NCBI GenBank assembly: GCA_964035545.1
Contig: OZ037767.1
Coordinates: 3,483,680-3,547,679 of the forward strand
Source of the DNA: Bugula neritina
Lineage: Eukaryota > Animalia > Bryozoa
DNA length: 64,000 nucleotides
Direction of reading: 5' to 3'
Shown here in pieces: positions 39,701 through 51,700 of this stretch (position 1 is the first letter of the stretch; each line of letters begins with the position of its first letter). Position numbers and translations under genes: made by a program. The notes below the pieces were generated by a model. The model was not told the DNA's origin. It was given only the letters and a program-made list of their open reading frames with translations, and made no database searches.

Positions 39701-42700
39701 ACTATAACTAACAGTTCGACTACTCTTCTTTCAGTCACCAACTTGCTCAGTGAAATTCTACCAGAAGAAAGACTAAGAAAGAAGGCATTTGTACATTACG
39801 ACTGTCAGAGTGTCGGCATCAACTTTGTGGAGGCAGCGTTGAAGAGACAGAATACGCAGATGGGTGAGTCACATAGCCTGTGTTCTATTGCAAGCAATAC
39901 TATGCATGATTGTGTATGTTACCGGGTGGAGATATTGGATACAAGATGATGTTAAACAGGCCAGGGGGTGAAACCACTATATATATATGAGTATGGTTCA
40001 ATCAAAACTATTCTTTAGCTGTTAGTGTAGGGCCACACGACACGTTTTACACGAGCGTGACGTGCGAGAAATAACGTTTAGCCCAAAAATTGGACGTCAT
40101 GAGCGGGGTTTTCATGCGTCTAGCATGCTAAGCGAGCTCAGTGGCAAGCTCGTGCGTGTTTGATCTAATTGGCTTATTATCATTTAGCGAGCACATTTCT
40201 TTTATTTCAATTTACGTTTTAGCTTTTAGCGAACTGAATTAAAACAGTTTCATATAATTTGCATTTCCGCTTTTATATATCTTGCCGATGACGTAGTATT
40301 TAAAAATGTATTATATTGAAGGTAATACAAAGACTGGTGCCTCGGCCGCGAGTCATTTGGATGAGCTCGGTGAAGAGGAAGTGATGTCAGACAGTAGGCG
40401 TGTCTCTCCTTTAGTCGGCCAATGCCCTGCTTTCATCAACGAGCTTGGAGATGAGAAAGAACGCAACATTGCCCTTACCAAGGTCACAGCACAGACAAGG
40501 CAGCATAAACTGGCAGCAGGTAAAGCCCTAGTCTGTAGTTGTAGTTGTGTTCTCTCGTGTTGTTTGTGAGAAATTTAGCTTTAAGGATGTTTGTTATAAG
40601 CACTGCTAGTTTTTCTTTGAAAATGAAATAAGTTGATTCCTCTTGTGCAAAATCACTTCACTTCCCCTCATAAGTCCATTTTAACTTATCTTCATAAGCA
40701 AATTTGTCCAATTAACAGCTACGCTGTCTTACATACTGCAATCTATAATATCTGCAGGTTGTAACTATTAATTCATATTCGATTAGTATAATGTGTGGCC
40801 AGGGCATATATACGATAGTAAACTGGCTCTTCAATTAGGAGTTGTGTTCTGTATTCAGGGGAAGATGATTCCTCTTTAGACACACTTAGACCACCACTGT
40901 GCAGCGGGCTTTCCGTGTTGGATGGCATACCAGGGGCAGATAATAGACAATCATTAGTTGAGAGGCACAAGGGCTATATATTGGAGTACAGGGATAGGGG
41001 CTGCACTTACTACAGACAACATTTCAGACATGAAGGTAGGTTACTTAGTCTATGTTGAGTGATTATGTAAACAGTAGTGCCCTTATTAGCATTTTGGAGT
41101 TATTCTAACATAAGTGAAACAAGGTTAACTGCTCAGTTAAATAAGTTCAGCGCCTGGTGATAAGAGAAACTACAATTTTGTGGCAATTCTATTGCTTCTT
41201 TCACTGCAACTGTCCATAAGTTGGTTTTTGTTTATTTGATATGTATTGTTTCTTTAAGGTGATGCCTTTATCCATTATTTGCTGTTTATAGTTTTAATCT
41301 AATCAGGCGGTAGCAATATTTAGCCTTAGTCTTCTTCTGTTCTAGAGCATCAAAACTATTTTGGCTTTGATGAGAATGTGGGGCCAGTGGCTATCAGTAT
41401 CAGGAGGGAAAAGGTGTCCCCCAAAACCCGTCTCCCCGACTCTTTGATCAGACACAATGGAGAGTCTCACGATGGCAAGTCTCAGAGTGAGAATACCTCA
41501 CCCTTGCAGCAGTACCGTGTCATAGCTAGGACCAGTGAGGTTAGTAGTGTGTGTTGGTAGTGGTCATCACTAACTAATGTCTGTCTGTCATTATGTCTGT
41601 ATGCTTGTCTGTATGTCCGTATTTCTGTCTCGTTGTATGTCTGTCTGTTTGTTTGTCTGTATGTCCGTATGTTTGTAGTTTTGTTTATACTTCTGCTTGC
41701 TTGCTTGTCTGCCTGTTTCTATGTTTGATTTTATGTTCTTTTCTCTGCCTATATGCGAATCTGTTAGATTTCCACCTTTTTTGTGAATTTTAGGATTTAT
41801 CAGTTCATGTATGCTAATCATCACATTACATTACACAACTAGACTAGTATCAATACTGTAGTGTAATACGCAATATGTTGTGCTGTGATCATCGTAAGTT
41901 AGTTAGGCTCTTTCTGTTGTAGCTGAAGGTCCTACGAGGTATTATACTAGAGGAATCGTTGCCCTCAGCTGCCCGTCTTTCAAACAGTTCTCGAGGATTG
42001 CCAGCTAAGGATATAATAGAGTATGTAATTCCCGAGATTCAGCTCTCCTGTCTGAGACAAGCAACCAACAGCGATAAAACCAAGGAGCAGGTGCAAGCTC
42101 TCGATGAGCAACGGGTGAGAATTTCTACCAACTGTTTTTATTTGATGAGAGGTGGCTGCAGTTTGGTAAACAACTAAATAATAGGTGTACATCATTTAGC
42201 CTCAGTTTCTAGCTTTAGCAGATTTTTTCGAGGGTTGGGTTCAGTTTGTAGATAGTGCCCTTTGCTAAGTATAATATTGACTTGCTATGGTAAATGGATA
42301 TTTTGAATCTGTTTGATGAGTTGGAGCTCAGCTGGAATTTGGTAACAGTGTGAACAACTGTTCAGGACAACGGAGAAACATCTGACTTCCTGTTGCTAAA
42401 GCCGTGATCCGTATGGATACGGTGATGGTTTGTGGGTAGAATGGTGGCCGTTGTCATGGTGATGGTCATGTCATGGTGTCATGGCTGCTGTTGTTTTGTA
42501 GCGATCCAACACGTACAAGGTGGGAGTCATGTACTGCAAAGCTGGTCAGTCTACAGAAGAAGAGATTTATAACAATGAGCATTCTAGTCCCGCATTCACT
42601 AGTTTCTTGGATTTAATTGGTCGAAAAGTCAAGTTAAAAGGTTTTGAACAATTCAAAGGTGGACTGGACACTAAAAGTGAGTTGATTTTTAATTGAGTTT

Positions 42701-45700
42701 TTTTAAAACAGTACAAATTTTTTATACGTGCATGTATGCTTGTGTGATGTGTAAGAGAGAAAGAGGTACTTGTATCACTAAGTCGTACTTTTAAACATTT
42801 TTAAACATTTAATCCGAATTGAATGTCTCCCCTTTTCCTGTACATCAGCACATTGGTCAAGTTTACGAATGACCTTTAACTCGTGTTAACAGCCATTTTT
42901 TGTTGCCTACTTTCAGCCGACACCACCGGAGCTTACAGCTACTATGTGTCTGAACAGACCCATGAGATCATGTTTCATGTGTCTACACTTCTACCCATTG
43001 AGAACAATCGTCAGCAGGTAATATTAACATGATGCGTGTAATATATATCATATAATGTAATGCTATATAATATGTATTATTATATTACATTATTGTCGTC
43101 TCATGCTAGGATAGCTACTAGCTAGGAAATATAATTTTGTATTGCATCGGCATAATATTGCTGGCCCTAGTAGTCTAGTTGGTGTTGTCCTAATTATTTG
43201 TGTTCCCTTATGCTGTGTCTATGGTTGCTATGTTTTCTCTATGAAACACTATGTTGTTTAATGTAGTTGCTAAGGAAGTACTAAATTGTTTACTCTAGTT
43301 GCTAAGGAATTACTATATTGTTTATTCTAGTTTTAAAAAAGTACTTTATTGTTTACGCTAGTTACTAAGGAAGTACTATATTTTTCATTCTAGTTCTAAG
43401 GATGTACTATGTTGTTTACTCTAGTTGCTAAGGAAGTGCTATGTTGTTTGTTCTAGTTACTAAGGAAGAGACATATTGGTAATGACATCGTTACCGTGGT
43501 ATTCCAAGAACCGGGTAGTCTGCCATTTGACGTAACCTCCATGAGATCTAAATTCCAACATGTGTTCATTATTGTCAGGGTACACCACCCCAATACGGAG
43601 AACACTAAGTACAGGTTGGCTGTTGCCTTCAAACATGGCTAGTTTATAGGCCTACAATAACGGATAACTAGTTTTATGCTCCAGCTTTCAGCGTGCTTTC
43701 AAATTCGCCTTGCTAATTGCCGAATATAATATAACCAACTTCAATAGAAACTAGCTGATTTAGTTAGCCGCGTTTTTCTTTATAGAACTATTCTCTTTTA
43801 GTGAGTAAAACAAACCATGCTCTACATAGCAAGGTCGCCTAACATTAGCAGCTAAACTAACTCTAGCTCATATTTTCTGTTTTTTATGTGAGAGTCAGCG
43901 GTCTTGTGATATTGTAGCGTCGCTGTCACACGGTCTAAGGGTGTGCCGTCCTTTGGACCACCCATAGCTCACTCCTTCTATGCACACAACCAGGAGTTTG
44001 CTGACTTTATCATAGCTAAAATACTCAACGCCGAGAACGCGTCCCACCAGTCAGATAAGTTCCAGGCTATGGCAGCGAGGACCAGAGGAGAGTATCTGAA
44101 AGACTTGGCCACTAACTATGTTACTAACAACTCTCTGGACCACTCCTCAAAGCTAGGTATTCCATCTTCTACTCTGTTACTTGGCGTTTGACCTTAATTT
44201 GACCTCAGTTTAGACTTGGTGCTTTTCTTTAGCAGAGTGCCGTTCTTATATGAAGAACTCGCTATTCTTAAGCTTTTAATAAATTGAGTTCTTTCAGAAA
44301 TTTGTCTTTAGAAACGAGTGGGGAACTTTTAGCTACAATGAGAGGACGATTCCTATCTTTTTAATTAATCATTAACAAAGCTGAACTTCTGCACACTCTG
44401 TTTTCTTGCAGGGAAATTTTCTCTGGGAGGTGGCAAAAAGAAAGACAAGAAGAGTGGCAAGCTGGTCCCAGATATCTTAGCCCCAGGTGGCCTGGTGTGG
44501 CCTGTGCAGGTAAAGTTTGTGTATATTACAGAGACACCTTGTGGGAAGGTTGCTGGGCTATTTATCTTTGAGTAAACTGTGGTAAGGGTCTGGCAAATTA
44601 CATATAATATACTATATGCAGTGTACTCTTAGTATACAAAGTGGGTTGATGTAGCATGTTCTGGTTTACAGCTAGAAGACAGCAGTTTGTGTACATACGT
44701 AGAAGTTTATATTGTTATCTCTGCTGACGTAATAGCTGCCTTAGAAATGGACACATCTGATGTGATATTTTCATGTTGGTGCTCATCTGTGATAGGCTGG
44801 ACTAATTTATTTAATAGCACGGATCCCACATCTACTCCAAGCACTGGTAAGGGGCTCCACACCACCGCCCGTATAAAACATGTATTTATTTTATCAACAT
44901 TTTAATGTTATTTACGTTATTTACATTAACCTGTTTTGTGACAGTAGCAGCTTATGGTATTTATTTGATTATGGGAATTATTTTCTCCCATGTTTAACCC
45001 TTTTTGAGCACATATATATGTTATATGATTATGTTATTTTACTAACAAAAACAAATTGTCTGCGTAACTGTTATTGTCAGCAAAATTTGTCGAGATCAAT
45101 GCTTTTGTGAGTAATTACAGCTAATTAGTATGAAGAGGTCTAAACCCTTGTACGAAAGAAAGTGTGAAATATGTCAGTTGATTTCTTGTCTTGTTTAGAG
45201 TCGTCTACTTTGTAGGTTTGCGCGTTTACTTCAACCAAGGGGAGGTGATTCTAATTAAACCTATAGATAATGACGATACTCTAGAGATCGTGGATAGACT
45301 GAGAGTTGTTACACATGGTTGCGAGGTGAGTGTGTCACCCCTTAAATGAGTTGCTTTACTGCGGAATTAAATTTGAGTTTATTATGCTAGTATTTCATTT
45401 TTAAGTTTGCTAGCTTGAATGGAACATGCCGTGCTTAGGTTTAAACACACTTGGGGAAAATTTCGTTGCACAGTTTTTTAGTGATTAGTAAACAAATTTT
45501 TGCCTCCTATTTTGCTGTAAAATATAAACTATGAGATCTGCGGAAGCGCTGGGTTCTTGTTGAACCAAATGCTGCTGTTTCCATAGTTTTGCTAAATTTA
45601 CATTCTTTGGAATTTCACTAATGAATCAGTCAATTCAAATAGCCAGATATTTAAACTAAAAGCATGACCTTTAATATGTAGTAATTGGATTAACAAGTTG

Positions 45701-48700
45701 TGTTGTTTTAATGAAAATGTTTGCTTTACTATTCTGCTAGTAAGTATATAGTGACCGCTTCTACTCCAACTTTATTTCTTCCAGTTCCCCCCTCCCTGAT
45801 AGTTCCCCCCTCCCTGATAGTCCCCACCCCCCTGATAGTTCCCCCTTCCCTGATAGTTCACACGACTGTGAGTATTCATCTACTTTCATGTCATGTTTAA
45901 CTCTGCAATCTACTGTAGACACGTGAGATGAGCCTTAAGCGCAACGAGCAAGGCCAGCTCGGCTTTCACGTGCACATGGACGGCATCGTGTCGGAAGTAG
46001 AGCCACAGGGTCCTGCCTGGGACAGCGGAGTGCGTACAGGAAGTCGTCTAGTGGAGATATGTAAGGTTGCCATGGTAACACTGACACATGAGCAGATGAT
46101 AGATCTGCTACGCACCAGTTCTAGTGTGACGGTGTCCATGATACCACCGCTGGATGGTAAACCTCGCAGGTAAAGCCTCATTCTACCTGCATATCTACCT
46201 GCAATGGCTCTATAGTTTCTCATTAGTTGCTGTTACATGTGCTGCAGGTAATATAGTGAAGAGTTATTTGCATGCTTTGGTTTTGTAGAGGTTTGGAAGA
46301 CAAGAGCAGTGAATACTACATGATATACCCAACAGATGAGCACAGATCTCGGGCCAACAACTCCAATGTTCACCAGAACCTTGTGTAAGTAATATTTCTG
46401 GTTACATACGCTGTGTGTATAGTCTGTGACAGCAGCCATCACCTGAGAGCGTAGACTACTACTACTACTACTACCACAACTGTTTGTGGTTTTCACTGAA
46501 CTCAGCTGTTTCGGGAAGTTCTATTAACATGGCTTGTTTATCAAATTAGACTGTAACCTCCATGAATCTGTCTACTTAGTGTGTATAATTTAGTTGTAAG
46601 TTTAGTTCTGTTTTCTATTGCTGATGTGATTATATGTCACTATTTCCTGCTGATACTTGAAGAATAGCAGCTCAACTCACATTTTTCATAGCCTCAAGAT
46701 CCTTACCATCTGTGGCTAAACTGTGTTGTGTACCTACCTTCTACCCCCCTTCTACCCCCTCCTCCCACTTCCTACCCCCCCCTCCTCCTGCAGTGAACTT
46801 TCTTTATTGTAGAGTTGATCTGTCATATGCATGTCATGTGACTGGTCAGCTGTTGAGTGACTTGCAGAAGGCAAGGGTTTGATGTAAACTTCAGTTTTGT
46901 TACCTAGAAGTGCTTTGTAGCACCTTCTCATGATATTAAGCTTTGTCTCCCCTGGTTTGTCAAATATTTTATTCGTAATATACTGTATTTACACTTAAAA
47001 CTAGTCTCTGAATTATGCTGGGCTTTGTGTGTTTTAATATATCTTCATCCAGTGTATCAGGTAATCCTGCAGTTATATAAATGTGTTGATTCTCTGATAT
47101 TGAATCACAAGTTTTGATATTTTCTTTGTTTCGCATTCCCAAAGTCTCATAATTTTTAAAATTTTGTTTTTAATGTCAACTGTTTATCTCCAAGGTCTTG
47201 AATGGAAATATTATTTAAAATTTTCAGGCTCCAATATGCTTGATTCATAAAGCATAACTTTCAAGCATATTATTTGCTAATATCTTATTCAAGTTAGAAA
47301 TAGTTTGACTTGACTATCTACTGTTTGACCTAACTGAAGGATAGAAGATATATTTGTATATAACAGAGTTTGTATACACCCCCCCCCCTTGCAACACCTG
47401 AATGCTCTGCTGGAACCAAGTCTTTGTATGAGGAAATGGACAAAGCAGCCTCTTTTAATGTCCTTTACCATTTAAATAATAGTTTTGAAGTGACGCATGC
47501 AATATTTTTGTAAACTTTTACTCTAAAAGACTAGCACTGGGAGTGAATAGGCTGTTGTACTGCAAAGCATTAGAAATGAAAATTTCACCTTCTGACTACC
47601 TCCTTGTTGTAAATTGAATTATTTTCCTGTGAATAAGCATGACTGCACTGGCCATCACCCAACACACCCTCTCTAAACATATTTTACAGTATAACAAACA
47701 GGGTGTTTTACATACACAATGACGTAGCTGTTGCTATAGCAACAAGATGACACTAGTATAATATACTAGCTTATAAATGTTATACAGACTACACACTCAG
47801 TGGAAACACTGTATTCCCTGCATATCCTGTAAGTGGAGCACTTCTTTGAGTTACCAGATCCTATTCAGCATCACCTCTGTGCTAAGCTGAAAGATTGTCA
47901 TGTTTTTGTCAACCTTGACAGCAAGTTTAGTAGAAGGAATGTCAACTAATAGAAGGAATGTTGGTGATGCATTGGAAGTTCATTATTCTGTCATCAGGCA
48001 ATAGCTGACTGTTTATCATGGCTTAGTTTGGGTGTTGTGAGCTGTGGAAGTTGACCTAGGAATCGCTTTATAATCCTCATTGCGTGCACTGCTGGCTGGT
48101 TAAACAGGAAACAGCTAATGTTGTTTGCGTTGCAGGGACGGAGAGGAGAGCAGTGCGTACTTCTCAGATGACGAAACGTCCCCACAGAGTACAGTCATGT
48201 CTGTAGCCAAGAGGATCAACACAGTGACGTTGCGTAGCAGCTCTTCTGGAGGGTAAATATTACTCATTCTAGTACACTGATTATGTTATATTGTGTTTAT
48301 GTAAACTATTAAAGATTTGCATCTTCTTATCTGTCTTTTCTATTTTCATGGATATACTTTACCTGGACAATAAAATTGGGTTACATAGTTAATCTACTGT
48401 TTTAGTTTTTAGGCATTTGTGATACTGATAATAAAGCACCATTCGCTAACTTTTATCTATCTTTACCCATCTTGTGATACTTTCGACTTCTGTTTAGAAA
48501 GTCAATTAGCTTAAATTTACATGTGATAATACCTTTGCTGGTTAGTTCTGTAGAAAGTATACTGTAGAAATTATCTGTAGAAAGTATACTGTAGAAGGTA
48601 TACTGTAGAAAGTATCTGTAGAAGGTATCTGCAGAAAGTATACTGTAGAAAGTATCTGTAGAAAGTGTACTGTAAAAAGTATCTGTAGAAAGTATCTGTA

Positions 48701-51700
48701 GAAAGTATTTGTCGAATATCAGGAGTTATTTTCGCTCAGGTCGTCATGCTCGCCTGGTTCTACTCTCTCCTCTAAACACCAGAGAGCAGACAGAAGGGCC
48801 CAGTCAGACACGGAGGGTCACCACGGCAATCGGCAGCACATGCACAACAGGGCCAAGTCTCAGGACCAGCAGCAGCACGGTGACACCGACTCTGTGAGTC
48901 AGCGTAGACCCCCGGCTGGACCCATCTACACCGTTCCTCACACTCAGTACGGCAGCAGCAGCAGCAGCAACTCAGCCACTGCAAGTAAGTCTGGGAAATT
49001 CGCTTCCTGTTATATTCTCAAATCTACAGCTGCTGCTGCTTGGTAACGGCTACTATGTTGTGGTTTAGAGTGGGTTATGTGGAGGTAATTACTGTATACA
49101 TGTATTTGGATAGTTGAGTTAGGTGGTGTTTGGTATGGTGTGAAGATATAGGATGTTCCAATTTGTGAAACAAGTATTGGATTGGGATAAGAGAGTTTAT
49201 ATTCTACTACTATATCATACTCGGCCGTGGTCTAGGGGTTAGAGCATTGGGCTAGTAATCACAAAGTCGTGGGTTCGAACCCCGGTAAAGGCGTTTGGTG
49301 ATGTTAGGAAGAGCGTCCAGTCATAATTGCTCCTGAATAAGTCCTTGGCCTGCTTTAACAGATTCTTTCCATTAGGGATTCTCACAGGGATAGTGACTAT
49401 AAACTTGCGTGAGTTTATTATATCATACTAACTTGCTGAAACTCTGGCTATATGTGCAGTGATAACCTGGGTACCATGGTATTCATCATTGTTGTACAAT
49501 TTAGAAGCCTTGTGATTATAAAATGCTTTCCTTGTACCTCGGGTGAGTTAAAGCAAGAATATTATGTTGTATTTAAGAATTGTCTACACATTTAGCTTTA
49601 TGTAATTTCCAAGCCATCCTTGCAGGATTGCTCTATGAAGAAAATGAGGGTTTTTCTGCTTTCTATGAAACCCTTTCTCGCCGTCTTAAAGCTGGTAATT
49701 CAACTAGTTAGCCCAGTCAGGTGGCTTGTACCCATCATATCAAAGTATCGAGGGGTCCTTTAAGACCCCCCAACCTTTTCAACACAAAGATATGTGGCAC
49801 TGAAGCTAACCTGACTCGTTATGTTTTTTGTTCCAATAAGTTGTTGAACCTGCCTATCGACTTTGTTTGCTTTTATAGTTGGACCTAAGGCTATGATATA
49901 GCATCTAGGCCTCAGGCTATTGTGCACGTGATACTTTAGGACTTGTTTCTATTGACTTGTTACGGTTCCAGTTTATTTGTTACGTTTGCATGGCTTGTTA
50001 TCATATGGCATCTCTCTTCAATGAGGTAGTAGGAGTTACTTCAGTAATTTTAGACAGCCCTAGTGTTTGAAAAGCAGCTCTAGAAACCAAAGCTATTTAT
50101 ATTGATGTGAATGGAAGATAACAATATTCTCGTCTCTCTTAAGCTGTTACACTATTTTATTTATCTATGAAATACTACAGCTATAGGAGAGTGTTCAACT
50201 CAAATTATGTGATGTGAACACAATTACATGTTTTTTCATATAATATAATATAGTCCTTTTTACAATGCTCTCCAAAATTGAGTGAGAATGGAGATTAGCA
50301 CTAGTAGATTACTAACCCACGTGTATCATTGTTAGCATTGAGTAGTTTGACGGCATCTTAGCATATATACCATGCATTAAATAGTGTGTATAGTGATATA
50401 CTGTTATATCATTAGATTGCTTGTAATTTATATCTTGTATTTATAAATAATATTTGGCTTAGCCATGTGCCTAGTAGTGAACGACTTTGAAACAGGTTAA
50501 GGTCGATGACTGATGTCTGTATATCAAGTTTGATACTCTGTAGGTGCTGGTTCCTACTACCAGGCCGGGCATCTGCACCCGCCCCCTAACGAGTCTAGAC
50601 AAAGACAAACGAATGGACAGCCTAGACCTAGCTCCTCGTCATCTAACAGCTCTAGAAGGTGTGTATATTCTCTGCCCCCCTCTAATACTGTGCATCATAG
50701 CCTGTAGTCCAATTTACCTTCAGTGTGTAGGTAAAGGAACCAGTAGTACGAGTCATATTTAGACTAAGTTTTTAACTATGTGCAGATGATTATAAAGAGA
50801 GGGGAAGTCATGTGTTAATAAATCGACAAGTAGCCTGCGTTCACAGGTCATCCAGTATGGATCTTTGATTTTAGAAATTTCTATGAACTGTTACTCCAAC
50901 AAAAGTTTTTCCAAATATTATGCTTCATCATTCCAAGAAATATTATATTTACACACTTTCTATGATGTTGTGTGCACAGTTATAAATTTCAAATACTCTA
51001 TTATATATTACATTGTTGCGTAGATAGTAATTATTAATTCATAATTATTGCTTTTTAGACCAGTGCAGCGACATAAATCATGGTAAAGATTGTAAAACTT
51101 AAACCCATTTTACTATTTATGTGTAACGTTGCCGTAGTTTTACTGCTAATGGTGCGCAGATAGTCTGGTATAGTTGATATATACCACCTGTAACATTTCA
51201 TGTGGGTACGAAGAAGTTGTACAACTTGGGTCCAGCCTCTAGCTAATATACTTTATATGTTGTTATGTCATGTCTTTATCATTTTTGTGTGTTGAATTTT
51301 TCGGTTTTTTGGATGCAGCTGTAAAAATATTCTTGTTTCATGTTGGGTGAACTATTCTGTTGACGTTGAATTGTCTACTTTTTGAATTATACTTGAAGTA
51401 TAGACAACTCCAAATTTATTCCTTTTCTCTTTCCACATCATGTAGCCATTTAATCTGGTAGCTCATCTCGTAAAAACTGCTTCCAACTTGTTGCTAATTC
51501 TCCTGAATGCTATAAATAAGTCCACGATGCTATAAATAACTGGTTTCTCTTCCCAATTTCCTTCTCTTTTATGCCGGAGGGCACAATTCTTGGTCACCCT
51601 TTTTATCATGTTTTTATGTTAACGCTTATATAGAACATATACCTTGCACATGTGGAACTACATTACATAAATATTGTTAATAATGAATTTAACCTATGTT

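Noticed and set aside
39608-39734. TITNSF repeat peptide as part of SIPA1L or an antifreeze-like protein
   Set aside because: It is an intronic 18-bp repeat upstream of the true acceptor at about 39735 and stays open only because the unit is a multiple of 3.
46490-46525. Third hammerhead copy (cgaaacagctg on the minus strand)
   Set aside because: No CTGATGA core or stem I nearby. Other CTGATGA hits (14199, 34367, 37320, 59656) also lack the GAAA and stem arrangement.
49222-49295. Functional tRNA-Thr gene
   Set aside because: The acceptor and anticodon stems pair poorly, and the sequence continues into a body shared with three other copies, so it is a SINE head.
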